NCBI GenBank assembly: GCA_963793265.1
Contig: CAWBZI010000004.1
Coordinates: 256,001-320,000, forward strand
Source of the DNA: an uncultured cyanobacterium
GTDB lineage: Bacteria > Cyanobacteriota > Cyanobacteriia > Phormidesmidales > Phormidesmidaceae
DNA length: 64,000 bases
Direction: 5' to 3'
In this document: in pieces, positions 29,524-40,877 of the stretch
How the letters are laid out: the number at the start of each line of letters is the position of its first letter
How positions within the stretch are numbered: position 1 is the first letter of the stretch
The notes under the pieces: generated by a model
Told to the model about the DNA's origin: nothing
Databases searched by the model: none
What the model saw: the letters and a program-made list of their open reading frames with translations, nothing else
Position numbers and translations under genes: made by a program

Positions 29524-30510
29524 ATGGCAAACCCCAGCTTTTCAAGCACTCCTTTCTCTCCTAAGTCTGCTGACGAATCTTTGGGTGGTTCGCCCGCTTT
29601 TTCGCCCCAGACTTTGATTAGACGATGGGTGTGGAAAATGGCGATCGCAACCCTCCTACTCATGGCCGTCGGCAGCGCCACCCGCGTAATGAACGCCGGA
29701 CTGGCCTGCCCCGACTGGCCCTTATGCTACGGCCAGCTAGTCCCCACCGCTCAAATGAACCTGCAAGTGTTCTTAGAGTGGTTTCACCGCTTAGACGCCT
29801 CTTTAATTGGGCTAATGGCGATTGGGCTGGTGGGCTTAAGCGCCTGGTATCGCAAGGATTTACCCACCTGGCTCCCTTGGGCCTCTCTGGTTGCACTGTT
29901 CTTAATTGTTGTGCAGGGCATTTTAGGCGGCCTTACCGTAATTGAGTTGCTGCGGTTTGACATTGTTACCGCTCATTTAGGCACCGCCCTATTGTTCTTT
30001 TGTACGCTGCTGACGATTGGCATGGCGCTACTGCCCTATCAGCCAACTGGGAATGCGGGCAAGCTGCCCTGGCTAGGCATGGCAGCAGCGGTGCTGGTGT
30101 ACTGTCAGAGCATTATCGGCGGACTGGTCGGCTCTCGCTGGGCCGCGCATCAGTGCTTTGGTGTAGCTGACTTGTGTAACGTAATGAACTCTCACATTGC
30201 TGGCGTAGTGCCACCGACGCTAGCCGTTGTCGCTCTTGTTATTAGCGTATGGCGTCGGCCTGCTTTGAACAGCGGCCTGCGAAATCTGGCCAATGCAGCG
30301 GGCCTGCTCGTTGTCTTGCAAATTGCTTTAGGCGTAGCGACTTTCAAGCTACGGCTTCAGGTAGAGCCCTTGACCGTATGCCATCAGGCTATTGGTGCGG
30401 CGCTGCTAGGCACCTTAGTTTGCTTTACAGTGCTATCCCTTCGCGACTTCTTGGCTCAAAGAGACGTACGAAAAAACATCCTGCTGACGACGGCCTCGTC
30501 TATCTCCTAG
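29524..30510 (+). CDS. ctaA: Heme A synthase
   Basis: AGLACPDWPLC, EWFHR, multiple TM His; ATG 29524 preferred. Confidence 0.9.
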   Translation: MANPSFSSTPFSPKSADESLGGSPAFSPQTLIRRWVWKMAIATLLLMAVGSATRVMNAGLACPDWPLCYGQLVPTAQMNLQVFLEWFHRLDASLIGLMAIGLVGLSAWYRKDLPTWLPWASLVALFLIVVQGILGGLTVIELLRFDIVTAHLGTALLFFCTLLTIGMALLPYQPTGNAGKLPWLGMAAAVLVYCQSIIGGLVGSRWAAHQCFGVADLCNVMNSHIAGVVPPTLAVVALVISVWRRPALNSGLRNLANAAGLLVVLQIALGVATFKLRLQVEPLTVCHQAIGAALLGTLVCFTVLSLRDFLAQRDVRKNILLTTASSIS

Positions 30511-30601
30511 TTGCATGTAGCTGGCTTTACGCTGCTAAGTCGCGTTTCACCTACAAACATTCCGACGAACCTTTTGAAGAAGATCACCCTCTAATATCAC
30601 T

Positions 30602-31585
30602 ATGCAAACTTCCCCCACTTGGGCCTCTCGAAGACACCATGACAGCTTTGGCGAAGTGATTCGCAGCTACATGCAGCTTACTAAACCCCGCATTATTCCG
30701 CTGCTGCTAATTGAAACAGCGGCAGGCATGTGGGTTGCTGGTCAAGGGCGCGTGAGTCCTGCTTTGCTGCTAATTACGCTGTTGAGCGGTACGCTGGCTG
30801 CGGCCTCAGCGCAAACAATCAACTGCATTTACGATCGCGATATTGACTACGATATGGAGCGTACGCGCAGCCGTCCAATCCCATCTGGTCGTATACAGCC
30901 AAAAGATGCGCTGGTGTTTGCGATTGTGATGGCGGTGATGTCTTTTGCGCTGCTAGCGACGTTCGCTAATTTGCTAAGCGCTAGCCTGGCGATGTTGGGC
31001 ATTGCCGTTTATATCGGCGTGTACACAACCTGGCTGAAGCGGTCTTCTCCTCAAAATATTGTGATTGGTGGTGCAGCCGGTGCGATTCCGCCTTTGGTAG
31101 GTTGGGCTGCGGTCACAGGCGGGTTGAGCCTTGCGGCCTGGGTTATTTTTGCGATTGTGTTCGTTTGGACGCCGCCCCATTTTTGGGCTTTGGCGATGCT
31201 GATTCAAGATGACTATGCAAAGGTGAACGTGCCGATGCTGCCGGTAGTGGTAGGGAATAAGGCCACGGCAAGTCAGATTTGGCGCTATACGGTTGGATTG
31301 GTGCCTTTGACGCTGGTATTGGTCTATCCTCTAGGCGTTTGCGGTGTGGTGTATGCCATGGGTGCTTCTGCGCTGGGCTATTTGTTCTTGAAAAAGGCGT
31401 GGGCTTTGCGCAATAGCTACGACGATCGCGACTTGGCACGTGGCACATTTAAGTACTCTATCTTCTATATGATGTTGCTCTCTGTGGTGATGGTGATTGA
31501 TTCGCTACCCGTGGTTCGCTTCGGCATTGCTTCTTTGGCCAGCGGTGTACAATCCGTCTTAGCTTCGATCCCGATGATTGGGTGA
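30602..31585 (+). CDS. ctaB: Protoheme IX farnesyltransferase (heme O synthase)
   Basis: LTKPRI, DRDID..MERT..RPIPSG, WTPPHFWAL. Confidence 0.95.
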   Translation: MQTSPTWASRRHHDSFGEVIRSYMQLTKPRIIPLLLIETAAGMWVAGQGRVSPALLLITLLSGTLAAASAQTINCIYDRDIDYDMERTRSRPIPSGRIQPKDALVFAIVMAVMSFALLATFANLLSASLAMLGIAVYIGVYTTWLKRSSPQNIVIGGAAGAIPPLVGWAAVTGGLSLAAWVIFAIVFVWTPPHFWALAMLIQDDYAKVNVPMLPVVVGNKATASQIWRYTVGLVPLTLVLVYPLGVCGVVYAMGASALGYLFLKKAWALRNSYDDRDLARGTFKYSIFYMMLLSVVMVIDSLPVVRFGIASLASGVQSVLASIPMIG

Positions 31586-31622
31586 TAATAGGACATGTAT
31601 CGTTTAGCCCCTGTATGAACCC

Positions 31623-32642
31623 ATGGCTCCCGCTGTTTTAGTTGAAAATCTCAAGAAGTCATATGGCAGCGTTGATGCTGTTAAAGATGTCTCTTTTGCA
31701 ATTGAGCCGGGTGAGATTTTCGGCCTGTTAGGGCCAAATGGCGCGGGGAAAACAACGACAATTCGGTGCCTTTGTACGCTGATGACACCGGATGCCGGGC
31801 GGCTAGAGCTAAACGGAATTTCTGTGCTAGACGATCCTCGAATGGCTCGGCAGATGTTGGGCTACATTGCCCAAGAGGTAGCTTTGGATAAAGTGCTCAC
31901 AGGGCGAGAGCTGCTAGAGCTTCAGGCGGCAATTTATCATTTGCCGAAGGCTAAGATTAAGGCGCGGATAGCGCAGATGCTTGATTTGCTTGAGATTGCT
32001 GATATTGCTGATAAGAAGACGGGTGCTTATTCAGGCGGGCAGCAAAAGCGGTTAGATTTGGCGGTGGGATTGCTGCATCAGCCTGCTGTTCTTGTATTAG
32101 ATGAGCCGACGGTAGGGCTCGATATCGAGAGTCGCACGGCGGTATGGAATTTTTTGCGGAAGCTGCGTGATGAAGGCACGACGATTTTGCTGACGAGCCA
32201 CTATTTAGAAGAGGTGGACGTGTTGGCTAATCGGGTGGCGATTATTGATGCGGGTAGGGTGATCTCGTCGGGGACGCCTGCTGCGCTGAAGGCTGAGGTT
32301 GGGGGCGATCGCATCACCCTCCGCATTCGCGAATTCACCTCAGACGACGAAGCCGCTAAAGCCCGATCTCTCCTTGGCGACCTACCCGTCGTCCAAGAAG
32401 CCATTATCAACAGCGCCCAAGGTAATTCTTTAAATTTGGTCGTAAACAAAGACGCCGACGCGCTTTCTGCTGTGCAATCTGCTCTCAAGGCAGCAGACCT
32501 TCCTACCTTTGGCATTTCTCAAAGTCAGCCAAGCTTAGATGACGTATATCTTGCGGCGACAGGCCGCACCTTGATGGATGCTGAGATGGCTGCTGTGGGC
32601 AAGCGCGACATCAAGAAAGAGAAAAAGCAAAGTATGCGATAG
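31623..32642 (+). CDS. ABC-2 (DrrA-like) exporter ATP-binding subunit
   Basis: GPNGAGKTT, YSGGQQKR, LDEPT, SHY, PSLDDVYL. Confidence 0.92.
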   Translation: MAPAVLVENLKKSYGSVDAVKDVSFAIEPGEIFGLLGPNGAGKTTTIRCLCTLMTPDAGRLELNGISVLDDPRMARQMLGYIAQEVALDKVLTGRELLELQAAIYHLPKAKIKARIAQMLDLLEIADIADKKTGAYSGGQQKRLDLAVGLLHQPAVLVLDEPTVGLDIESRTAVWNFLRKLRDEGTTILLTSHYLEEVDVLANRVAIIDAGRVISSGTPAALKAEVGGDRITLRIREFTSDDEAAKARSLLGDLPVVQEAIINSAQGNSLNLVVNKDADALSAVQSALKAADLPTFGISQSQPSLDDVYLAATGRTLMDAEMAAVGKRDIKKEKKQSMR

Positions 32643-32714
32643 GGATCTGCTGTTTGGAAAGCATTAGATTAGTAACCGTAAATATTAGGCAGCGGGTGCC
32701 GTACGCAGCTATAT

Positions 32715-33191
32715 ATGAGCCAAAGCTACCGAATCTACCTCGATGCTTGCTGTCTCAATCGCCCGTTTGACGATCGCAATCAGCCGCGTATTCTGCTCGA
32801 AGCTGAGGCTGTTTTAACTATTCTGAGTCGTTGTGAGTCTGGGCAGTGGCAGCTTATCACCAGTAACGCTCTTGATGTCGAATTGGGTCAGACTCCAGAT
32901 AGGGAGCGCTTGAATAGCGTTAGACTGGTGCTGGCGATCGCGACCATCAAAGTCGTCATAAGCCAGGATTTAGAGAACCGTTCTTTAGAATTACAAGCGC
33001 TGGGCTTTACTCTTTTTGATGCAACACACATAGCTAGTGCCGAACGGGGCCAAGCTGATGCTTTTCTATCTACCGACGATAGGCTCGTTAAGAGGGCGAA
33101 GCGCTATGCTCAGCTTATACATATTCCGGTTGAGAACCCAGTTTCATGGCTGATGAGACTGACTGAATCAGAGGGAACTAACAATGCCTAA
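32715..33191 (+). CDS. PIN-domain (VapC-like) toxin
   Basis: IYLDACCLNRPFDD, FDATHIASA, FLSTDD. Confidence 0.8.
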   Translation: MSQSYRIYLDACCLNRPFDDRNQPRILLEAEAVLTILSRCESGQWQLITSNALDVELGQTPDRERLNSVRLVLAIATIKVVISQDLENRSLELQALGFTLFDATHIASAERGQADAFLSTDDRLVKRAKRYAQLIHIPVENPVSWLMRLTESEGTNNA

Positions 33192-33411
33192 AACACAGCA
33201 GGAAATTGTACGTCAGGGCTATCAAAGCCTGGTGAAAACGCTTGGCATTGTCGATGCTATTAAGTTTATCCAGTATTTCAGCCCTGGTCGCGGCAACTAC
33301 ACGCAAGAACGCCACAGTTGGTTGCAGCAGACGACTCCAAGCGATATCTTTGAAGATATGCGTCAGTGCAGAGATAGCGACAACCAAAAGTACGACGAGC
33401 TGATTGAGTAA
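33184..33411 (+). CDS. Small putative antitoxin coupled to the PIN gene
   Basis: 75 aa, overlaps PIN stop; GYQSLVKTLG...KFIQ...GNYTQER pattern typical of partners of this PIN type. Confidence 0.6.
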   Translation: MPKTQQEIVRQGYQSLVKTLGIVDAIKFIQYFSPGRGNYTQERHSWLQQTTPSDIFEDMRQCRDSDNQKYDELIE

Positions 33412-33553
33412 TTTTGCCCTGAGATAGCCCTGCTAATCTTACTAGCAACAAAGAGCGTAGCCTACGCTTGCGCCTACTGAGAAAATGCTTTTTACTAATA
33501 GCATTGTGCATCGCTCGTAGCAAGCGAGCGCCTAGTAGAGGAGACGCGCGAGG

Positions 33554-35410
33554 GTGAAGGCTCAGGAAGTATTACGCCGCTATGCTGCTGGAGAGCGCAA
33601 ATTTCAGGGCGCAAATTTGCGCGGCGCGAACTTTGTAGGGCAAGACCTGAGCGGTGCAGACTTTAGCGGCGCGGATATTCGTAGCGCAAATTTTAGTAAT
33701 GCAACGCTTAGAGGCGCGAACTTTACGAATGTGCAGGCCGGGTTGCAGAGGCGGTGGGCCACTGTGCAACTGGTGATCGTGTTTGTGATCGCGGCGATTG
33801 CAGGTGTCTTGCAAGCGTTTGCTGGTATTTTCGCTGCGTTCTTTTTCGATCCAACAAACTTTAGTAGTCCACTCGAACAAGCAATTGCAATTGGAGTTTT
33901 CTTACTGCTGATTGCGGTAACTTATCTTGCAATTGCGTTACAAGGATTATCAAGTCGAGCATTGGGCTCGATCATAGTTTCATTTGCAGTCGCAGTCACA
34001 GGCGCAGTCTTAGGCTTGTTATTTAGTCTCTTTATTGGCTGGCGCGTACTGAAAGAAGATGAAAAGTTTGATACTGTAAGAGCTATCGGCCTAACCATGT
34101 CCGCAATCGGCGGTACCGCTTTTTGTGGTGCCGATCTCACAGGCGCGACCTTCGAGCAGTCACGACTTGAAAGTACTAACCTCGCTAATACCCGGCAACA
34201 ACAAACAAACCTCACTCACGTCTATTGGCAAAACGCTCAGCAGCTTAATCGCGCCCGCCTTGGCACCACCATCCTGCAAGACCGTCGCGTCCGCACCTTG
34301 CTAGATGGCTCCCAAAGTGGCTATAAACAAAACCTTTCTAACGCCAACCTGCGAGGCGCAAACCTCAGCGGCCTCACCCTCGAAAGCGCTAATCTTACCC
34401 GCGCTATCCTTTCTGGTGCCCGCCTCCACAAAACTATGCTAGAAGGCGCAATCCTCACTGAAGCTCAAGCTATCGGCGCAGACTTCGCAGGCGCGTATCT
34501 CACTGGAGCCAAACTAGAAGGCTGGAACATCGACACCACCACTGTGCTAAAAGACATCGACTGCCGCTACGTTTTTTTGCTCGAAAAGCCCAATCAAAAT
34601 GGTGATCAAGAACGCCGCCCTCACGATCCTAATAAAATCTTTCAATCCGGCGATTTTGAAAAGTTCTTCAAAGAAATGCTTGACGAAGTGCAAATTTTAA
34701 TCCGTGACGGCATTCACCCCACTGCCTTCCGCGCTGCCTTCCAAAGCATCATGCAACAAAACCCTGCCATTACCCCTAATGCCATCACCGGCTATGAAAA
34801 ACGCGGCCCGGACGTAATGCTCACCATCCAAATCCCTGAAGGCACAAATAAGGCGGATGTAGAACGCGTTTGGGACGAAGGCTACCAAATTGGACTCCGA
34901 GCAGGTCGAGATGCCGAAAAACTAGAAAGCGTTGATTTTCTCAAACAGACCCTGCTTCTATCCGCTGGTAAAAACAACACAATCGTAAACGAGAACAAAC
35001 TTATGACAGGCAACGACCAAAGCCAAAACATTGACGTAAAAGGAAATTTCACCGTCACCGCAAACAATTCTGTTGTTAGCCTTCGCGACATCAGCGGCCA
35101 AGTGAACAACCAGATAGCCAAGCTCAGTGACGAGCCCGTTCAAACCCAGCTAAAAGATCTTCTCGCCCAGCTTCAAACCGCTATCGAAGCCGAACCGGCC
35201 CTCAACGAAGAGCAAAAAACGGAAGCTCTAGAAGAAGTGAAAGAACTTGCCGCCGCAGGACAATCACCGCAGGACGGGCCAATGAAAAAAGCTGCTAAGC
35301 GAGCCATCACAGTGCTCAAAGGTATAACCGTTGGATTAGGTGAAACGACAAAATTTGTAGAAGCTTGCAACGGCCTTTTGCCTGCAATTAGCGCCCTCTT
35401 CGGCTTATAG
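33554..35410 (+). CDS. Membrane-spanning pentapeptide repeat protein with C-terminal helical domain
   Basis: Pentapeptide blocks flanking ~3 TM helices; C-terminal LQTAIEAEPAL..EALEEVKELA. Confidence 0.85.
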   Translation: MKAQEVLRRYAAGERKFQGANLRGANFVGQDLSGADFSGADIRSANFSNATLRGANFTNVQAGLQRRWATVQLVIVFVIAAIAGVLQAFAGIFAAFFFDPTNFSSPLEQAIAIGVFLLLIAVTYLAIALQGLSSRALGSIIVSFAVAVTGAVLGLLFSLFIGWRVLKEDEKFDTVRAIGLTMSAIGGTAFCGADLTGATFEQSRLESTNLANTRQQQTNLTHVYWQNAQQLNRARLGTTILQDRRVRTLLDGSQSGYKQNLSNANLRGANLSGLTLESANLTRAILSGARLHKTMLEGAILTEAQAIGADFAGAYLTGAKLEGWNIDTTTVLKDIDCRYVFLLEKPNQNGDQERRPHDPNKIFQSGDFEKFFKEMLDEVQILIRDGIHPTAFRAAFQSIMQQNPAITPNAITGYEKRGPDVMLTIQIPEGTNKADVERVWDEGYQIGLRAGRDAEKLESVDFLKQTLLLSAGKNNTIVNENKLMTGNDQSQNIDVKGNFTVTANNSVVSLRDISGQVNNQIAKLSDEPVQTQLKDLLAQLQTAIEAEPALNEEQKTEALEEVKELAAAGQSPQDGPMKKAAKRAITVLKGITVGLGETTKFVEACNGLLPAISALFGL

Positions 35411-35520
35411 AAGGGCTTCGCATTACAATTGACGCACTATACCCCTGGCTTTGCACTCAACCTAAGCGAAATTTTTCAGATATCTCCTTAGAATAGAAAT
35501 AGCCCCTACGCTCCCTCCTG

Positions 35521-36384
35521 ATGACACAAACCCAACTCCCTAATTCCTCAATCCCCCAATCCCTAACCGCTCCCGGCACTGCCGAATTCATCCAAGAAAC
35601 CGCCGCTCTCACCCGCCGCCTATTCATTCAGCTTCAGCGCCGCCCGACTACATTAGTCGCAGGCGTCATTCAGCCCTTAATGTGGCTAATCCTCTTTGGC
35701 GCACTTTTCCAAAACGTGCCCAAAGGACTCTTCGGTGAAAGTCAAAACTACGGCCAGTTCCTCGGCGCAGGCATTATCGTATTCACTGCCTTCGCGGGAG
35801 CCCTAAACGCTGGGCTTCCCGTGATGTTCGATCGCGAGTTTGGCTTTTTGAACCGGCTGCTAGTAGCCCCTCTCGCCTCTCGCTTCTCAATAGTGGTGGC
35901 CTCTGCACTCTTCATCGCGACCTTGAGCCTGATTCAAACGACCGCAATTGTCGTACTGAGCGCCTTTTTAGGTGCGGGCCTGCCAGGACTCAGCGGACTA
36001 TTGCTAATGGTGGCGATTGTGCTCACGCTGGTATTTGGTGTGACTGCACTTAGCTTAGGACTGGCTTTTGCTTTGCCTGGTCATATTGAGCTACTGGCTG
36101 TCATTTTTATCACGAACCTGCCTTTGCTGTTTGCCAGTACAGCGCTGGTGCCGCTGTCATTTATGCCGCCTTGGCTACAGGTTGTCGCTAGCCTGAACCC
36201 CTTGAGCTATGCCATTGAGCCGATTCGCTATATCTATCTGCATCCTGATTGGAGCTTTGGCAGTATCGTGATGGAAGCGCCTTTTGCTGATATTAGTATG
36301 GGCATGGCGCTGGCAATTTTGCTGGCGTTTAGCGCGATCGCCTTCGCCCTCATTCGCCCCCTCATCAGCCGCCGCATTGCCTAG
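35521..36384 (+). CDS. ABC-2 exporter permease
   Basis: QPLMWL, FDREFGFLNRLLVAP, MPPWLQ..ASLNPLSYAI; six TM. Confidence 0.9.
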   Translation: MTQTQLPNSSIPQSLTAPGTAEFIQETAALTRRLFIQLQRRPTTLVAGVIQPLMWLILFGALFQNVPKGLFGESQNYGQFLGAGIIVFTAFAGALNAGLPVMFDREFGFLNRLLVAPLASRFSIVVASALFIATLSLIQTTAIVVLSAFLGAGLPGLSGLLLMVAIVLTLVFGVTALSLGLAFALPGHIELLAVIFITNLPLLFASTALVPLSFMPPWLQVVASLNPLSYAIEPIRYIYLHPDWSFGSIVMEAPFADISMGMALAILLAFSAIAFALIRPLISRRIA

Positions 36385-36547
36385 TCGGTCAATAAGCCCG
36401 CCGATGGACAGACGCCTAACAGATCGGCATAATTCAATAAAAGTATTTAAAAGCGGTTGGTACACTAAGAAAAGTTAATACCTGGAACTTACAGCTTTGC
36501 CTCAGTCCAGCGTATTTTTGTCCAAAACACACATAGAGGATGAATAG

Positions 36548-36892
36548 ATGCGTAAGTTAACCACCCGGTTAATGGGCGTTGGATTAGTTTTAGGAATGGG
36601 CCTTGCGGCTGCCCCTGCCATGGCTCAAGATTCTGGTATTGCCAATACCGCTGAAGATTTTAATTCGGCAGATAGCGGCGACGGTATTTTAGGCTCAAAC
36701 GTAGATATTTGGGATATTATGCATCGTGTGAATTCTAGCGGTGCAGGCGTTGCTGATGAAGGATTTCGCCGTAGTCAGAGCCGTCGCATCAATCGTGAAG
36801 CCGAGTCCTTGCGAGCACGTCAGCGGGCAATTTTGCAACAGCGGAATGCGGCTGAGCCTCAAGCGGATTCTGTAGAGCTAACGGCCGAGTAG
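36548..36892 (+). CDS. Secreted hypothetical protein
   Basis: AGAGGA RBS; signal peptide ending PAMA-Q. Confidence 0.65.
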   Translation: MRKLTTRLMGVGLVLGMGLAAAPAMAQDSGIANTAEDFNSADSGDGILGSNVDIWDIMHRVNSSGAGVADEGFRRSQSRRINREAESLRARQRAILQQRNAAEPQADSVELTAE

Positions 36893-36921
36893 CTTCGCTA
36901 CGATTCCAAGTAGTTTGTCTT

Positions 36922-36964
36922 AAAGCCCTTCAAAAGCACTGCCTTTTGGAGGGCTTTTTGTTTT
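36922..36964 (+). terminator. Intrinsic terminator
   Basis: AAAGCCCTTCAAAAG / CTTTTGGAGGGCTTT stem followed by TTGTTTT. Confidence 0.7.
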
Positions 36965-37078
36965 CCTCAGTTCGTGCCCTCCCTAACATATGTACCGATT
37001 GTTTCGCCGTGAGCGCAAGAAGGCTCAGATCACTGCTACCATTTAACCTGATTAGACGCCCTGTGAACCGCACCCCCA

Positions 37079-40000
37079 ATGACTGCAACCCCGCCGACGC
37101 TAGCGAGCCAGTACGACCCAACCGTTACCGAAACCAAGTGGCAGCAGTACTGGGAACAAAACGAAGTCTTTAAGGCTGATCCGAGTAAAGGGGGCGAGCC
37201 TTTTTGCGTGATGATTCCGCCGCCAAACGTGACGGGCAGCTTGCACATGGGCCATGCGTTTGAAGAGACGCTGATTGATACGGTGGTGCGCTATCAGAGG
37301 ATGAAAGGGCGCAATACGCTATGGCTACCGGGTACTGATCATGCCAGCATTGCGGTGCAGACGATCTTAGAGCGGCAGTTTGCAGAAGAAGGTAAGACTC
37401 GCGAGGAAGTAGGACGAGAGAAATTTTTAGAGCGGGCCTGGGAGTGGAAGGCTGAGTCGGGCGGCACGATTGTCAACCAGCTTCGTAAGCTAGGCGTTTC
37501 GGTAGATTGGAGCCGCGAGCGCTTCACGATGGATGATGGGCTTTCGACGGCGGTGCTGACTGCGTTTAATCAGCTACACGAGGAAGGGCTAATTTACCGG
37601 GGTAGCTACATGGTGAACTGGTGCCCGGCCAGTCAGTCGGCGGTGTCTGACCTTGAAGTAGAGAATAAGGAAATAGACGGCCATCTGTGGCACTTTCGCT
37701 ATCCGCTGACAAATGGTGAGGGCGAGCTAGAAGTGGCGACGACCCGGCCCGAGACGATGCTGGGCGATACGGCGGTGGCGGTGAATCCGAATGATGATCG
37801 CTACAAGCATTTGATCGGGCAGACCTTGATGCTGCCTTTGATGAACCGTGAGATTCCGATTATTGGCGACGAGTTTGTCGATATGGAATTTGGGACGGGC
37901 TGCGTGAAGGTGACGCCTGCGCACGATCCAAATGACTTTGAGATGGGTAAGCGGCACGATTTGCCGGTGATTAATATCTTGAATAAGGACGGTACGCTGA
38001 ATGAGAATGCGGGTGAGTTTGCAGGCGTAGATCGCTTTGAAGCTCGCGAGTGGGTGATTGAGCGGCTGCGATCAGAAGGGCGGTTAGGTGAGATTGAGGA
38101 CTACAAGCATTCGGTGCCTTATAGCGATCGCGGCAAAGTCCCAGTAGAACCCTTAATCTCAACCCAGTGGTTTGTCAAAATTAGGCCGATGGCCGACAAG
38201 GCACTGGCCGCACTAGACGCCCAACAAGACCCTCAGTTTGTGCCCGAACGCTGGACAAAGGTGTACCGCGACTGGCTGGTAAACCTTAAGGATTGGTGTA
38301 TCTCTCGGCAGCTTTGGTGGGGTCACCAAATTCCAGCCTGGTACATTGTCAGTGAAACCGATGGCGAGATTTGTGACAACACGCCGTTTGTGGTTGCTAT
38401 GAACGAGAATGAAGCGATTAACAAAGCGGCCACTCAAGTAGGGCACGAAGTAGAAGTACGACAAGATCCAGATGTGTTAGACACCTGGTTCTCTTCTGGC
38501 CTATGGCCGATGTCTACGCTTGGTTGGCCTGATACCGACGCGCCCGACTACAAGTTTTACTACCCTACCCAAACGCTTGTCACTGGCTTCGATATCATCT
38601 TCTTCTGGGTTGCTCGTATGACCCTGATGGCAGGCCACTTCACCGGCCAAATGCCGTTCGACACCGTGTATATTCATGGGCTAGTGAGAGACGAAAATAA
38701 TCAAAAAATGTCGAAGTCTAAGGGCAACGGCATCGATCCGTTAATTTTGATTAGTAAGTACGGCACCGACGCTTTACGCTACACGCTAGTTCGCGAAGTT
38801 GCCGGAGCCGGTCAAGACATTCGCTTAGACTACAATCGTGAAAAAGACGAGTCGCTAGCCGTTGAAGCTTCGCGCAACTTCACTAACAAACTGTGGAACG
38901 CCTCTCGGTTTGTGATGATGAACTTAGGCGATTCTTCCCTTTCGGATTTAGGTGAGCCCGGTTCAACAGGAACGCCGCTTGAGCTGGCTGATAAGTGGAT
39001 TCTCTCTCGCTATCATCAAACAATCGAGAGGGTTCGCGTACAGCTTGACGACTATGGTATGGGTGAGGCTTCTAAAGAGCTGTACGAGTTTACCCGAGGA
39101 GACTTTTGCGACTGGTACATTGAGCTAGTAAAGCCGCGACTGTATGGTGACGGCGAGACTAAACGCACTGCTCAACAAACGCTAGCCTATGTGCTAGACG
39201 GCATTCTAAAGCTGTTGCATCCTTTCATGCCCCACATCACAGAGGAGCTGTGGCATACACTCACTCATGTTGGTGACGAAGATTGTCTAGCACTTCAACG
39301 TTACCCTGTCTCAGATGCTGAGCAAATCAATCCTGAGCTAGAACAACAGTTTGAGCTGTTGATTGACACGATTCGCACGATTCGGAATCTACGAGTTGAG
39401 GCAGGAATTAAGCCTTCTGCGAGAATTGAGACGATTTTGAAGACAGATAGTGAGGCAGAATTATCTACGCTTAACGCAACGCAAGACTATATACAACAGG
39501 TTGCTAGGGTAGACACGCTTACGATCACCCGGACTGATTTTGCGCCTGCTTCAGTGCCGGTAGCAGAGACGCTTTCTGTGGCTGAGGCGGCGGATATTGT
39601 TGTAGAAGGAAGAGCAGTGATCGCGCCACCTTCCTCCACCTTCAAAGGCTTTGAAGACAATGCAGCTTGGCAGCGAACCGTAAACGCATTTCTACAGTTC
39701 CTCAATGAGCCCACTCGCTATTTCGACAACTTTTTTGCGGATTACAAAAAGCCTGTGCTTTCGCTTTCCGTTTTGCTAGGCGTGGCGATGACCTACAAGG
39801 TGCTGCATTCTATGTTGGATGCGATCGCTGACGTACCCGGTTTAGCAAGTATCTTCCAGCTTATCGGTTTGGGCTATAGCGTGCAGTTCGGCGTGCGGAA
39901 GTTTTTGAAAGGAGACAGGCGCGATCGCGCAATTGCCGAACTTCAACGAATGTGGACTGAAGTGAAAGGAGACAGCGCAGAAACGAATCGCACAGTGGAA

Positions 40001-40390
40001 AATGTTTCTGAGCCTGCTGAGCCCAAAGAACCCGTTGAACTATCACCTACGCCTGAGGGTGTCACTGCGGCTGATATTATCAAAGCTGACTCTGAGGCCA
40101 AGCCTACATACAATCCTGCTAGCGATCAGCGCAAGATGTTTGCTGGTGTGACGGGTACGGTGCAGGTACTCATTCCATTAACTGGCGTAATCGATGTTGA
40201 TGCGCTCAGGGCTAAGTTAGAAAAAGATTTAAGCAAGGCAGAGGGTGAAATGAAGTCTTTTGGCGGTCGCTTAAAGAACAAAGGCTTTACGGATAAAGCG
40301 CCTGCTGAGGTAGTCCAAGGTGCGAGAGATGCGCTAGCTGAGGCTGAAAAGCAGGCTGAGCTGGTGCGTGAACGATTGGCAATGCTATAG
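37079..40390 (+). CDS. valS: Valine--tRNA ligase with CAAD membrane-anchor insertion
   Basis: [31 protein letters not shown]-terminal coiled coil; two-TM insertion near aa 870-960. Confidence 0.96.
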   Translation: MTATPPTLASQYDPTVTETKWQQYWEQNEVFKADPSKGGEPFCVMIPPPNVTGSLHMGHAFEETLIDTVVRYQRMKGRNTLWLPGTDHASIAVQTILERQFAEEGKTREEVGREKFLERAWEWKAESGGTIVNQLRKLGVSVDWSRERFTMDDGLSTAVLTAFNQLHEEGLIYRGSYMVNWCPASQSAVSDLEVENKEIDGHLWHFRYPLTNGEGELEVATTRPETMLGDTAVAVNPNDDRYKHLIGQTLMLPLMNREIPIIGDEFVDMEFGTGCVKVTPAHDPNDFEMGKRHDLPVINILNKDGTLNENAGEFAGVDRFEAREWVIERLRSEGRLGEIEDYKHSVPYSDRGKVPVEPLISTQWFVKIRPMADKALAALDAQQDPQFVPERWTKVYRDWLVNLKDWCISRQLWWGHQIPAWYIVSETDGEICDNTPFVVAMNENEAINKAATQVGHEVEVRQDPDVLDTWFSSGLWPMSTLGWPDTDAPDYKFYYPTQTLVTGFDIIFFWVARMTLMAGHFTGQMPFDTVYIHGLVRDENNQKMSKSKGNGIDPLILISKYGTDALRYTLVREVAGAGQDIRLDYNREKDESLAVEASRNFTNKLWNASRFVMMNLGDSSLSDLGEPGSTGTPLELADKWILSRYHQTIERVRVQLDDYGMGEASKELYEFTRGDFCDWYIELVKPRLYGDGETKRTAQQTLAYVLDGILKLLHPFMPHITEELWHTLTHVGDEDCLALQRYPVSDAEQINPELEQQFELLIDTIRTIRNLRVEAGIKPSARIETILKTDSEAELSTLNATQDYIQQVARVDTLTITRTDFAPASVPVAETLSVAEAADIVVEGRAVIAPPSSTFKGFEDNAAWQRTVNAFLQFLNEPTRYFDNFFADYKKPVLSLSVLLGVAMTYKVLHSMLDAIADVPGLASIFQLIGLGYSVQFGVRKFLKGDRRDRAIAELQRMWTEVKGDSAETNRTVENVSEPAEPKEPVELSPTPEGVTAADIIKADSEAKPTYNPASDQRKMFAGVTGTVQVLIPLTGVIDVDALRAKLEKDLSKAEGEMKSFGGRLKNKGFTDKAPAEVVQGARDALAEAEKQAELVRERLAML

Positions 40391-40417
40391 GGAAACTATT
40401 ACAAGGAAACGTTGAAA

Positions 40418-40789
40418 ATGTATGATGTGATTGTTCTTTTTAAGCCTGCAATTCCAGTGAAGGTGAGCGATGTGGTGGTGTTAGCTGAGGCGATCGCGGC
40501 CAACAGTGACTCAAAAGTAGTGCAGCAAGATAATTTAGTTAATATTGAAAACGGCGAAGCTAAGCTCACGCTGGACTTTAGCAATGCGCCGACCGTAGAG
40601 GAAGAGGCCAACGAAATTGCCGAGCTTTTTGACGTGGACTGTGCGGGCTGCAAGGCGCGCGTAGAAATGGGCGGCTACGATCCTGAGATGGTGTTAATAG
40701 ACGACTATACCTCCTTAGTTAAACGCCTTGATAAAAACGAGAACGTTATTCTGTTTGATCCTGTAGAAGGTGCGGTACTAGAGCTTTAG
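40418..40789 (+). CDS. Hypothetical acidic protein
   Basis: ~123-aa ORF with AAGGA RBS; no recognisable motif. Confidence 0.55.
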   Translation: MYDVIVLFKPAIPVKVSDVVVLAEAIAANSDSKVVQQDNLVNIENGEAKLTLDFSNAPTVEEEANEIAELFDVDCAGCKARVEMGGYDPEMVLIDDYTSLVKRLDKNENVILFDPVEGAVLEL

Positions 40790-40877
40790 TGGGGAGATAG
40801 GCGCTATTGAGCTGCGTTGTTGAGTCAGATGTGTACCTCTGCAATGTCGCTGAGGTCTATGATGGCAACGCTTGAAG

